A DNA stretch of 64,000 nucleotides from Salpingoeca rosetta (taxonomy: Eukaryota > Protista > Choanoflagellata): NCBI GenBank assembly GCA_033442325.1, contig JAWQFM010000009.1:1111729-1175728 (forward strand), read 5' to 3'. How positions within the stretch are numbered: position 1 is the first letter of the stretch; the number at the start of each line of letters is the position of its first letter. Made by a program: the position numbers and the translations under genes. Shown here piece by piece: positions 11,709-25,077 of this stretch. The notes under the pieces were generated by a model, which was not told where the DNA came from, searched no databases, and saw nothing but the letters and a program-made list of their open reading frames with translations.

Positions 11709-13881
11709 CACACATGCACTATCATACGTGCGCGTATACACAGACACACACACACTCTCTCTCTCTTCAAACCAGCAAACGAGGAGCAAAACACTGACAA
11801 GGAAAGCAAGCGTACTCTGCGGTGATAATGTCCGTAAGGAGGGTGCTGGCATGCTCCAGCCTTGCCACGACGGAAGTGGTTTGCAGCAGCTGCTGGCACG
11901 TCGCTTTGCTCTCCTCAGTGCTCGGCAGCGCAGCCTTGATCTGCAGTGCAACCCAGAACGAGAAGGGCGCCACGCCTTTCGTCGCCACGGCTGCATGCCG
12001 CATCTGAAACCGGTTGAATCTGGGGACATGTGTGTAGATTGGGTTGTGAGTGAGTGTGTGTGTGCATGTGTGTGTGCATGTGTGTGTGTGTGTGTGCGTG
12101 TGTGTGTGTTGTGAGAGGGAGAGAGAGAGAGAGAGAGAGTGTGTGTGTGTGTGTGTGTGTGAGTGTGTGAGTTGAAAGCGACCCATGTAAGTAGTTTGTG
12201 TGTGTGTGTGCTTGTGTTCCATGTGTGAGTTGATAGTTGACAACATAAGTACGGTTTCCCGGCACTTACAGGCGCGGATTGTTCACGAGGGCGAGCTTCG
12301 CGTACTCGTTCAACAACGCCTGAGAGATAAGATGGAGCACAAGCAATGGAGGAGGTGGTGAGGGGCACAAAGGGTGGCACAAAGAGAGGGAGAGGCGTAT
12401 GAATGGCAGTACGAGAGTACAAGGAACCCCACACGCGCGGCAGTTGTGTTTAATCACAGAACAGGCGGCCATAAGCCTTAGCCACCAGCACGACAGCAAT
12501 AACGCGCTTCAGGCACGCTTAGAGTTTGTACCGAGACTGTGCGCGAGAGCACGTCGGCCTGCTTCAGGTCCTCCTTTGTCACGGGCTCATCTGAAGACAA
12601 CACGAGCGAGTGAGCAGCAAGACACAGACGAAGCACAAACACAAGCACAAACACAGACACAAACACAAACACGCACACAGGGAGTGGAGGTACCTGTGAG
12701 GCGCTGGACGGTGCCTTGCCAGTATCCAACAAATGCACGTGATGCGTCTGTGACTGAGAACCGCTCCGTGAATCTGAACGGTGGGAGGAAGGCATGTTGC
12801 AGTGGCCGATGGCAACACACACGCGTGAGTGATAGATACCAAAACAGCACACCCCACAGTCACATGCAAACACATGCAAACACATGAAAACACGTGCAAA
12901 GTACGTACAACACAAACACACACATGTAAGCACAGACAAACACAAATGCAAACACAAATGCAAACACAAATGCAAACACACACACTCACACACACTCACA
13001 CACACTCACACACACACGTGTGTGGCTGACCTCAGTTTGACGAGTTCGGATGTGTCCTCGACGTCGATATCGAGGGGTGCGGTGTTGTCGCGCTCGTGGG
13101 CAACCACTTCAGCGAGCGTGCCGACGGTGGCGGAGTACCAGTCCGTGCTGAGCGGCATGTGCTCGCTGTCCTCTTCCTCGTGCTGTACCGCCGACGGCTG
13201 TCTCACAAACCCAATCACGGGTCTCTCCTGATCAAGGCTCTGCATCATCAGCTGCGTTTGCACACGAGCGAGCGACAGCACGGTGCGAGTGTGACATGAG
13301 TTAATTGCTTTCGCGTAGCAGCATGTGTTAGATCAGGCGCACAAGAACAGCCTCTTCAAAAGCGCCTAACCCTCAACCAAGTGTGTACGGATGCCAACGA
13401 CGATGGGTTCCTCACCTTGTATTTTGGTTCAACCACGTGGATGGTGGCAACTTCACCGGGGAAGTAGACGTCTGACGTGGGGAACAACGGCACCATCTAT
13501 ATCGGCGAGCGTGCGCGTGTGTTCGTATGTGTGTGTGTGTGGATGTGTGTGTGTGTGTGTGGATGTGCGTGTGTGTGTGTGTGTGGCATGGGTTGTGTAA
13601 GCGTTGAGGTCGAAGAAGCACTTTGGAAGCCACAAGCAGAGACATGGTAATTCAACCCAAAAAAGCGTTTGTGGGTGCGTGTGTCGTGCGGATGCGCGCT
13701 GCCTCACCCGAGTTGGCTTCATAATGTCTGTTGAGCGGAACGAGAGGTCCCCCGTAGAAGCGCTTGTCGCGCTGCTGCTGCACAGCCTGCCCAACACCAG
13801 GGCCCGCAGTCCAACGCCTCTTCTTGTTGCACCACTCCTTGCCATTTGCATGGCTGCTCGACTTGCCGCTGGCAACGCCAT
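11400..13881 (-). CDS. Stand-alone Lon protease N-terminal (LON_substr_bdg) domain protein with probable mitochondrial presequence
   Basis: Exons 13881-13708, 13496-13416, 13251-13031, 12773-12694, 12590-12532, 12319-12270, 12019-11816, 11511-11400. MVPLFPTSDVYFPGEVATIHVVEPKYK matches the Lon-N start (PLFP..V.FPG...LH.FEPRY). Also VGTLAEV, FSFWVA and QQLLQTTSVVARL. The N-terminus is Arg/Ala/Ser-rich and acid-free. Confidence 0.8.
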
Positions 13882-14310
13882 CACGCTCCCGTGTTGTACT
13901 GTGGAAGTGCTCTGGTTGTGTTGTTGTTGTTGCTGTGCGTGCGTGTATGTGTGAGTGCGCGTGTGAGCCTCAGTCGCTTCCTGCGCGTTTGCTCGACGTA
14001 TGCTTCGAGTGTCTGCTTCTGCTGTGTCCGTATCCGTTGTCTCTGCAGGTCCTCCTCGTCTCTTCGTCTGTGTTCGTCTGCGTGCAGGTTCGGTTGTGCG
14101 GAATGTGTCGTGGTTTGCTTTGCTTTGGTTTGCTTCTTGGTTTGCTTTGCTTGCTTGTCAGCGTTTGTTGCGATTCCGGATAATTGGATGACATCTTGCC
14201 ATGATTTTCGACGCAGCCGAAACCCTCAAGCAAGCGCACCCTCGCCATTCACCCCAGGCGTACAGGCACAGACCGCACCCAGACACCCAGCACCTTCCTC
14301 CGCAATACAG

Positions 14311-14397
<87 letters not shown>

Positions 14398-14408
14398 TAC
14401 ACACGTAC

Positions 14409-17400
14409 ATGGAGGAGCGATTGAAGGAGCTGTTTGTGTGCTGTGCACAGCAAGATGGAAGAATCAGAAGAAGGGGAGGCGATAGTGGCAATGAGGATGG
14501 CGCTCCGGTGCTGGTGGCCATCGACAACATTTTGCACTACGTGCACCAGCAAGGGCTGGTGAAGCAAGCAGACCTGCCGCACTTTCGCAGCGTCCTGCAG
14601 CAGGCAGACCACGATGAGGATGGCGCAATCTCTCTGGACGAGTTCCAGCACGCCATCTACACAGCCCTCAGTGCCGCGTCTGGGTCCATGAGTGCCTCCG
14701 TTGCCAGCAACGACAACAGCACCGATGCAGTGCCACAACACGGAGACAACGCCACCGCTTCGACAGTCGAGACAGATGTCCCAAATAATCATAATGCCCA
14801 AACAACAGCAACAAAGGCCGCCTCCAACGATACAGCAACACCATCGGCTCTGCAGGCTTCGGTAACCAGGGGCCCACCAGCAACGAGGGTCGCTGCATCA
14901 TCACAAAGCACCGGCACCCCCACAGCCGCTGTAACAACCACAACAAGCACACTGGCTTCACTGAATGACAGCAGGACGCGGCCATCTAGCCGAGAGGCGT
15001 TTGGCTCACCAGCTACCCGACGACAGCCATCTCCAGGTGCGCATGGTTGATGCGACTGTCAGTCTGTGTTGCTGTGCGTGTATATGTGAGCGTGTATGTG
15101 TGTGTGTGCAGAGTTCAATCACAGAGACACAGACACAAAACATCCACACACTAGAACACCCACCTCACACGCTCGCAGTCACACTCACACTCACACGTTC
15201 ACACCCTCGCACACACTGACACTGACACTCACACTGACACTGACACTCACACTCACACTCACTCACACCCTCCCACACCTCGCACTCACACCCTCGCACT
15301 CACTCACACACTCCTACACACACACACACACAACATAACACACACACACACACACACTCACACTCTCGCACACACTCCTACACGCACGCACACCCTCGCA
15401 CTCACACTCACAGAGCGGTTGAGCGCCAAAGTCATCTTTGATTTGTTGGATCCGGAAGGCAGAGGATATGTCAGCGTTGAGGAGCTGCAGACGCGCTGGG
15501 AGGAGTTGAGCGAAGACATCCCGTTGCCACCAATCCCAGAGAGCTTGGTGGAAGACGGGCAGCACGAGGATGTCACGGCCGAGGACCTGCTGGAAGCGTT
15601 CCAGAGCATGCACGCTGACTCCGATGGCGATGAGGAGGCTGACGACATCAGTGATAGCCGAGGCGATGTCAGTGAGATGATGACAGACGCGGGTGCTGCC
15701 ATGGCCACGGCAGCGATGACCATGACCCTGGTCAATGGGGTCTCGGCGCCATCCCCGCTCTCCCGCCGTCAGGACGGACCTCCCGTCACATCCACCCCAG
15801 CCCACCATCTCACACGACCACACCTTCCACCCCACATGGCCCAAGCACAGCAGCAAGAACACAACCAACACCACCAACACCCCCACCATCTCCACGGCAC
15901 AGCCAGTCCAGTTGGTCGCGTGTCTGCGCTTTTCTCGGGTGACGTGTCATTGCATCGTTCACTGCCATCAACACCCCACAGCGCCATGGCATCGCCGGCC
16001 ACGGTGCGGCGCAAGACGCCCTCGCGCCAGCGCGCAGCGGTGCTGGTGGACACGGGGGTGCGCCTGCTCCGCAGCCAGGTTGAGGTGTTGAAACAGCAGC
16101 TTGTGGACAAGGATGAGGAGGTGCGACACCTGCAGCGGGAGGTCGACGCCGCTAAAGAGGCGCTGCACCACGCGTCCGACCTTGCCGACGTGCATATTGG
16201 TGAGACGGAGAATCAGCTCAACGCGACCGTGTCGCTAATGGAGGCCAAGCACCAGCGGCAGATTGAAGACCTCAAGGCACGCCACGCAGACGCAACGAGC
16301 GCGCTTCGGCTGCAGGTGGACAGGCTGAACGAGCAGAACGCAAAGCTCGCCGGGGAGCGGGAGGAGCACGTGCGCCAGATCAAGGAGCTGCACGTCGACA
16401 GGGCGAAGCTGCTGACAGATAATCAGCTGTTGCGGGAATCCATGCACGAGCAGCACAAGGCGAGCGCCGCAGCGGCCAGTGACCTCAACAAGCAGACGCA
16501 GCTTGTTAGTCAGCTGGTGGAGCTGCAAGACGCACATGCGCTCAAAGCGCAGCGCATCAACGAGCTCGAACTGGAAGCCGCGCAGCAGCAGGACGAAATT
16601 GCTTCCCTCAAGGTGACGCAGGCAGGGAGACACGTTGTTGTGTTGGTGTGGATGTGTGGATGTGTGCGTGTGCGTGTGCGTGTGCGTGTGCGTGTGCGTG
16701 TGCGTGTGCGTGTGTTGCGGGATTTGTTGGTTTCCCACATATCCTGACTCCAACCTCGTGTGCACATGCCCTCATTCCCTGTTTCTTTCTCTCATTCATG
16801 TCAATCACCACCATTCAACCACCATCAATACGATAGAGCGTGCTTGGGGAGGTGCGCGGACAGCTTGCAAAGTCTGTGCTGGCGCAGCACGAGCAACGGT
16901 GGGAGACGACGGAGACGCTCGCGGCGGAGTTGAGCCGCATGGACAATGAGGCTGAAGAGCAACTGCGCAACAAAGCGGAGGAGATGCAGCAGGCTGCACA
17001 GGCATCGGAGAAGCGCGTCTCTGTGCTCCTCAAGGAACTCGCGAGCGTGCGGGAAACCAAGACGGCGCTCGAGGTGAGCGCTACAGAAGGAAGGGGGTGA
17101 GAGCATCCAAAGGAGGTGGTGAAGGAGAAACAGGAGGAGGAGGAGGAGGCCACTGGCAACGACATGGTGGGTGCATTGTCCATGCGTATCTCCATGTGCT
17201 TGTTCTCCACCATTCCCATTCAAACGCGTGTGCACATGCGTGGTTCCTGCAGGAGCGTGCTGGGCGGATGCTGGCGCAACTGCGCAACCTGGTTGGCCAG
17301 CAGCGGTCGTACATCGACGAGCTGGAGACGGAGGTGGCGTCGAAGAAGCTGCGCATGGAGGTGCTGGCTCTCGAGCTCTCGCTGTCCAAGATTGGCGGCG

Positions 17401-18191
17401 GCAGCGGCAGCAGCGGCAACGGTATTAACAGCAATCAGAGGAGTGGTGATGGGGAGCAAGGGGACACATCCGGCAGAAGCGTTGGGATCGAAGCAAGTGC
17501 CCCAGCACATGGAGGCGACAGTGATGTTGTGGGTGATGGTGGCAGAGGAGTGCCTGACGCTGACGCTGGGGCGTATGAGGACTTGGAGAAGCTGTTGCAA
17601 ATGGCGAGCGAGGTGGAGGGCGGCATTGCGGGAGAGGGGCGGACTGGCGATGACGGTGATGGCGACGATGAAGTGGTGGCGGCCATGTACGAGGCATTGG
17701 CAAGTCCACAGGCTGCGGCTGTCCGTGTGGACGCCAAGCACCTGGAAAAGTGGCTTAGGCGGCGACGCGAAAGCAGGCGCAGGGATAGGAGGCGCAGCTC
17801 AAGGAAGAGTGCAAGGACATCGGCGGCAGAGCTCGTGCCTGCAGGCAAGGTGGGCCGCGACGACAGCGCGGGCGTGTCATCATCACACACACCGCGTCGA
17901 CGAGCAACCTGGGCAAGGGAAGGCGGCGGCAGCCAACACAGATTGGGCAGCCGAGATCCAGCAGTGACAACAGTTGCAGACAACGTACAAAGCAGTAGAA
18001 CAGCGCGAGCAAGCGCAACAGCAGCGACATCATCAGCGTTTGCATTCGCGGGGCGCAAGATGTCTGCACCATCAGCAGTCGGTCGCCCTTTCGCTGGCTT
18101 GCACGAGTGGCTGCAGGTCAACACAGACACACACACGCGCCGTCGATCATCGATTCAGGCCCTCAAGCAAGCGTTGCAGGGGGCATCGTGA
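14409..18191 (+). CDS. EF-hand and long coiled-coil protein (ninein/MCC/Rab11-FIP3/CRACR2-like architecture)
   Basis: Exons 14409-15036, 15414-16612, 16837-17073 and 17253-18191 are in frame. EF loops DHDEDGAISLDEF and DPEGRGYVSVEEL. Heptad-rich region ~16060-17390. Confidence 0.75.
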
Positions 18192-18863
18192 CACAGTGCG
18201 AGGCAAAACTATTCATCGAGGTGGAGGGGCGAGGGGGAAGTGTGTGCGTGCGTAAGTGAGTGAGTGTGTGTGTGAGAGAGTGTGTGAATGAGTGAATAAG
18301 TGAGTGAGAGTGAGTGTGTGCATTGTGTGCGTGTGTGTATTGATTGAGGAAAGACGCAGAGGGTGCGCGCATGTGTATTGTATGAAGTCGATTGTGCATT
18401 TTAATGTGCATGGACATGAATGGTTGTGGAATACACACAAGAAGCAAGAAAAAAACAGCCAGAAGCAAGGATGTCATCTCATGTCATGTCACAAAGACAC
18501 GATGAAAGACGCGTCAGCGACTGCCTTGAAGACGAGCAAGCGAGGGCACACAACTCCCACAACGACACACGTGACACACTTGTGCAGTGTCGTTGCATGG
18601 TTCAATGGAGGTGCGCCAAATACCACACGATTAGTACAGACGTTCAAGAGCAACAGCACACGAAAGCACGCGCCAACTGTTGCAGAGGATAATACGCAAG
18701 CGTGAGATGTGCACAGAACAAGTGCACTACGGAAATGAACAACGTAAATGCTTGCAAGAACGCATGCCAGAACAAATCCACAGGCACACACACAGATGCA
18801 CACACACACACACACACACACAGATGCACACACACACACAAATCCACACACACACACACACAA

Positions 18864-19075
18864 CTACCACTGGCCAACGCTGGCAAGAGGATCAACGGCC
18901 ACAAAGTCCTCCTCCGTCAACACCGTCTTCTTCCCATCCGCATCACCAGCATTTTTCTTCTTGCCCTTCTTGCCCTTCTGCCCTTGCTTGTCCTTCCTGC
19001 CCTTCTTGTTCTTCTTCAGCAGCGCCTTGCCAGGCCTCACTGCAAGAATGCCAGACTTGACAGGGTTGTTCACCT

Positions 19076-19125
<50 letters not shown>

Positions 19126-20637
19126 GCAAGCAGTTGCAAATGGGGGTGAAGTGAGTGGGAATGTTTGAAACAAAGGCGGCAGACAGAGAGGCCTGGGGTA
19201 TTGCAGACAGGGACAAGAAGACGACAGTTGCAGCACCAAGATGCAGGCAGCGTGCCATTCTTAAACATACATTGAGTTCGATTGCCTTCTTGTCCAGCTC
19301 CTTTGATGCAGATTCACTTCTCTCCGTATCTGCAGCAGTTGCAGCGTCATCAGCAGCAGCACGCTTGTCGTCCTTCTCCTGGTCGCCTGCTTCGCCTCTC
19401 AGTGTCGCCCCGTCACTGCTGTGTTGCGCAGCACTGCTCTGCGTCTTCTTGTTGGCCGCTTTCTTGTCATCCGCCTTCATCTCTCCCTTTGTCCCAACTT
19501 CCCTTTGCTCTTCTCCTCTCCTTTTCTGCTGCTGTTGCACCTGTTTGCCTAGCTTTGCCCGCTTGGCCATGTGTCCATCACCACCATCCTTATCTTCATT
19601 GTCACGGCTGTCACCTCCTTTTCTCCTCGAGTCCTTGCCGCGCTGCTTGTGCTGTTGCTTCTCCTGATGATGCCTTCCACCAGCACCGCTGCTGTCGGTG
19701 CTGCTGTCTGCTGCCTTGTGCCGCTTCGCGTGCTGCTGCTTCTGTTCCTCCGCAGTGTCATCTCCACCAGCGCCACGTTGCCCGCCGCGCTGTTTCCTCG
19801 CACCACTCGCTTTTCCCTCTGTACCCTTCCGACCAACTGCATTCCTCACACCGTCACCACCATCACCATCACCATCGCCGCTGCCGTGCTGCTGGTGCTG
19901 CTTAATCTTCATTTTCTCTGCAAACCGCTTTCCGCGCGTCTTCTTCGGCACAAGTGGCTTCCCATCCAGCACTTGCAGCGACGGCACAAGCGCTCGGATC
20001 TATCATGTGTGGCGTGTCAGCGTTGGTGAGTGAGTGGGCGAGTGAGTGAGAACGTGAGACCGTGAGACCGTGAGAGAGAGAGAGAGAGAGAGTGAGTGAG
20101 AGAGACCGTGAGTGAGTATGCGTGTGTGTGTCAGTGAGTGAGGGTGTGTTTGAGGGTGTGTTTGTGAGTGAGGGAGTGAGTGCGTGGGTGAAACGTTGAA
20201 GTAGAGGCTGGCACGTGCCCCACCTTTGTTGCGTAATCGTCCAGCTCGCAGATGGGGTTGCCACGCAGATTGAGGTTCGTGAGGAACTTGAGGTGGCCCA
20301 ACACAGCAATGTCACTGCACACACACACACACATGTGGATGAGCGCCACGGTGAAATTGAACATGGGGGTGAGCTGTGCTGGTGTAAATGCGGTAATGTA
20401 CTGTGGCTTCCATGACATGTGTGTTTGCATGTGCGCGTGTGCGTGTTCACATGTGTCCGCATGTGTGTGTGTGTGTGATCGAACGCACTCAAAGGAGCGA
20501 ATGAGGTTCTTGCCGACATCGAGGAGACAGAGGCTGAAAGTGGTGGTGATGGTGATGCAGGGTGTAAGGGGTAAGCGAAGCAGCCACGAGCGCGTACGCA
20601 AACAGATGGCAACCGAACAGTGCCGATACAAACGCCC

Positions 20638-20676
<39 letters not shown>

Positions 20677-20980
20677 GCACACATACTTCATATGCACACG
20701 TGAAGCCACAAAGCAACACCCAGGATCACTCACTGCAAGTTGAACATGAGCGCCTCTGGGAGGGCCGTGATTTTGTTGTTGTTGAGTCGCAGCTCCTTCA
20801 AACTCGTGCACGCCTGCACATTTGTCCACAACCCAAGACGTGGTGTGGTGTCGGTGTTGGTGGTGGTGATGAGACGATGGGCAGCAAACGGTGACGGAGA
20901 AAGTTGGCAGTGATTTGCTGAGCGGTTCTCAATGCGCAACCGACAAAACCACAAACACAGACAGACAGACAGACAGACAG

Positions 20981-21013
<33 letters not shown>

Positions 21014-22615
21014 AACACACACACACACAAACAGACACACAAACACAACACATAACCAAAGAAACAAATGTCGGCACACCTTCAGGTTGGGCACTTGACG
21101 CAGCATGTTGTGCGAGAGTGCAAGTTTGCGCAGCTCCTTGAGCGAATTGAACGTCTTGGCATCAATCTCCTCAATCAGGTTATGCGAGGCGACTACGATC
21201 GCGCGCGCGCGCGTGTGTGTGTGTGCGTGTGTGTGTGTGTAATGGGCGCATTGTCGCGCGTTGGTGAGACGCAAACTTGAGTGCGAGACGCACAGCAGCA
21301 ATTCCCGCACGAGAAAGTGTGCGCTAACACAAGAGCATCACAGCACAATCTTCTCCCTTCTCTCTCGTTGCATACCGAGAGCGTCGAGATTAGCAAGGAG
21401 TCTGACACCATCGATGCTCTTGATCTGATTGTTGTTCACGACAAGCGCCTTCAAGCCTGCCACAAGCACAGTACACGCATGTGTGTGGTTGTGTTTGCGT
21501 GTAAGTGCGTTTGTGTGGGAGTGTATGCGTGTGTGTGAGTGAGTTGACATGGCATTACTCTGGCGTGCACGTGAAAGCTGACATGCTCCCACTCACACAG
21601 CTGGTGTGCGTGTGTGTGCGTGTGTGATCACATGTGCAAATGGAGCCGCACAAGGCACTGACTTCGAACGTCTGCGACGTGCTGGATGCTGGCGAGGTTG
21701 TTGTGGCTGGCCTTGAGTGCTGCAGCAAGCACATGTCATTCAGACACAACGTGAGCAGGGAGCACCCCAAGTTTGAACCGTGAGTGAGTGAGTGAGTGAG
21801 TGAGTGAGTGAGTGAGTGAGTGAGTGAGTGAGTGAGTGAGTGAGTGAGTGAGTGAGTGAGTGAGTGAGTGAGTGAGTGAGTGAGTGAGTGAGTGAGTGAG
21901 TGAGTGTAACTGTGAGTGAGTGCGTATTGGGTGGGGGTGAATGAAAGTAAGCATGCGTAGATGCCATGATACGCACTGATGAGGTTTGTCAGCTTTGTGA
22001 GGCCCTTGATAGCGCGGAGCGAGTTGTGTGAGACGTCCAACAGCGACAGCTGTTTCAAATCACCTGAAGGACAACACGGCAGCGCCACAACCGTGAACGT
22101 TTGTGCAAACAAAGTGCATGCGGTGCCAAGCGTGTGCGCCCGAACGTGGAATCATGGAATGTCATGTGCTTGTGCTGTGCTTGTGCATACCGAGCGGTGT
22201 GGTCTTTGTGAGGTTGTTGCGAGAGAGGTTGAAGCGTCGCAGCTCCACGCATGGACTAAGAATCACAAGACATGACATCACGTTGTATGTCGTGAGTTTA
22301 ACAAAGGCGCAAGAAGAGAGATAGATATGCGCCTGTGAGCACGAACACACGCAGATACACACACACACACAGACGTACAGACATACAGCTACACAAGTAC
22401 AGACACACAGACACACAGAGATACACAAGTGCACAGATACACAAATGGAGTTGCACATACACACACACGCACATGCACATGCAGTTACACACACACACAC
22501 TGCACCTGATGTCATCTTCAAGGGCGGTGATGCCTTTGTTGGAGGCGTTGATGGAGGTGACTGTGCGCAAGTCTTGGTTGCACAAGTCCGACAGCAAGGC
22601 CAGTGTCAGCTTCAT
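18864..22615 (-). CDS. SDS22/PPP1R7-type leucine-rich repeat protein with LRRcap and Lys-rich (possibly nucleolar) C-terminal region
   Basis: 11 exons: 22615-22506, 22255-22191, 22063-21977, 21719-21663, 21456-21376, 21192-21080, 20813-20734, 20533-20489, 20314-20224, 19999-19271, 19073-18864. Repeats LxxLxLSHNxL. LRRcap NLRGNPIC...Y..KIRALVPSLQVLDG. Tail KKNKKGRKDKQGQKGKKGKKK. Confidence 0.8.
21781..21906 (+). repeat. (TGAG)n tetranucleotide microsatellite, intronic (reads CTCA on the pre-mRNA)
   Basis: Direct inspection; lies in the LRR gene intron 21976-21720. Confidence 0.95.
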
Positions 22616-25077
22616 CGTGAATCACCCCCTTTTATGCGTCTGTTTTGAAAAGCAAAACAAAACAAAACAAAGCATAAGATGAGAAAGAGCCATGGCTGAT
22701 ACGGTGAGAGGGGTAAACGTTGCAAGTAAAGAAAAAGAGACGCATTGTTGTTGTTGTTGCTGTTGTTGTTGTTGTTGTTGCTGCTGCTGCTGTTGCTGTT
22801 GCTGTTCCATGCTGCTGTGTGTTCCCATCTCACACCACTCACACCCACACACACACACACACACGCACACACATGCACGCCAACCTTTGTCTTCTCTCTG
22901 CTTTGTTTTGTGTCCGGTGCACGTGTGTGTGTGAGTGTGTGAATTGTGTGGCAGGCTGACAGTGGTGAAAATTTATGGTATCTTTCACCAATCGTCACGA
23001 ATGGCGCAACCGAACGAAGGACTCGTCGTTGCTTTCTTCGTTGCTCGTGCACACACACCGATTTCACACACACACAACAACAACAACAACACGACCAATC
23101 AACCAACCATCGACACCCTTGTCCTCGTGAGCCCACACCCCAACCTCACGACCTCACGAGCAGCCTGTGGGTGACGCGACTGTGTTCCCATGCCGTTGTG
23201 GCCGCTGCCACCCTTTGACATTCCTGCACCAGCTACTAGGACCAGGGTAGATAGTCAGGCAGTTGCAACCATCCAACATCCACCAACATCCACCAACAGC
23301 AAAACAACGATCGACAACGACAGCCACTGCCAAGCTGTTTTTCTGAGCTGTGTATCCGTCTCACTTCCCGTTCCCAGCCCAATCTCTCGATCGGCCACTG
23401 TGCCTCTCTGCCTCGGGCTGCACTACACTGCTTCTTGAGCAAGCCAAAGCACCGCCCACTGACCAACACACACACCCAACTGCTTTTCAGTGGCGGTCCG
23501 GTTTTCTTGCACACTCCTCTCTTTCCGCAACCAATCCACCAACCAAAACAACAGCAACCCAACTGCTGTTGCTGCCTCACCCAATTCGCAGCACAGCACA
23601 GTACAACAGCTTGCCAGCGACAATAACGGTGCGTGAAACGCACATCCCGCGCATGCACGGCCTAGTTTGAGTTGCGTTATTCTTGGTCATGTGAATGAGT
23701 GCCCTTCAGCACCTTCACACAACTCCACACACACACACACACAACATACAACACAACTCCACACACAACCAATGTGCCTCGCCCATATGCGTCGTGTGCA
23801 AATCGCAGTTTGCTGACACGTGTTGCTCACACACACACACACACGCACACACACATGAACACACACGCACACATACGTGCACGCGCCTTTGCATTGGTTG
23901 GTTGCTCACAGCCAAAGGGGGTTTGTTGCTGTCAAAGCAGACAAGTCTGGTTGTCGTCAGGTGGGCCGTGACCAAACCGTCCACAACTCACCGCCGCCGT
24001 TCCACCCGAGCTCAACGGTTCGTGCCCTCCCCCCCCCCTCTCTTCCCACTCGTTGCCCCCCCCCCCCTGTCGCCGTGTCTCTTCGCTTCGTTTCTGCGCG
24101 TGTGAATCGCATGCCATACCATCACCAAAGCACACCGACAATGCACACGGGTAGCTGTTCGTGCGCCATTCATGCTCGCTCGCTCGCTCGCACGCACGCA
24201 CACATTCACGCACGCACCTACAAACCAAAACAAACGAGAAGCACACAAACACACACTCGCTCGCAACCACATCAAACCAATCAACCTAGCGTACGCTCTC
24301 GCTCACTTGTTGTGCTTTCTTGTTCGCCTTCATTGCCATCATCATCATCATCATCATCATCATCATTGTTGTGGTTGCTATTGTGTGGCTGCTTCCCACC
24401 CTCTGATCGATCACCATCGACTTTCCCTCGCCACCGTCAACCTCGGGCCCGCATTCACCCTTGCTCTTCTCCGCGCGTGTGTTGCTCGATTTGGCACACG
24501 TTGCTGCTGCCGCTGCTTCTGCTGCTGCTGCTGCTGTTGCTGCTCGTGCCATCCCGTGTTGCGCATCATCCCTTTCTCTCCTCTCGATTTCCTCCTCGCA
24601 CGAACCGTCATTACCACCAACTCCATCTCCCGCTCCAACACTTGCCACGAACACCCTCTCCACACCCACGCACGAACCTAAACCTTCTCCCTTGACCGTG
24701 GCTCGCCTCCCTCTGCACTTCAATACCGTGCTCCTTTCTCGTCCGTCGGCTTTCCGTCTCGGGCGCGCCATTTCTTCACAACATCTCACCTCGCCATCGT
24801 CACTTACCATTGCGCACCTCTTCATCAAACACCATCAACGCGCACCCTACCCTGATCAACTGGCAACCGCCAACTCCCATCGGCGTCTTCTTCACTTCAT
24901 CCCTGCCTGCCATACATCTCCTTCTGCGCCTCGCCGCGGACGTCTTGTCGTCCTGTGTGCGTGTGTACGCGCGTGTTACGTGTACACGTCTTCATCCCCT
25001 TTCCTCTTCACACACACACACACACACGCACACACACACCCAACGCGTGCGCGTGTGTGTTCGTGTGAACACCGACG

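Noticed and set aside
17290-17370. QQRSYIDEL as a Rab11-binding (FIP-RBD) motif
   Set aside because: Only YID matches; the following LL..(V/I)ME..P.IL is absent and the motif is not C-terminal.
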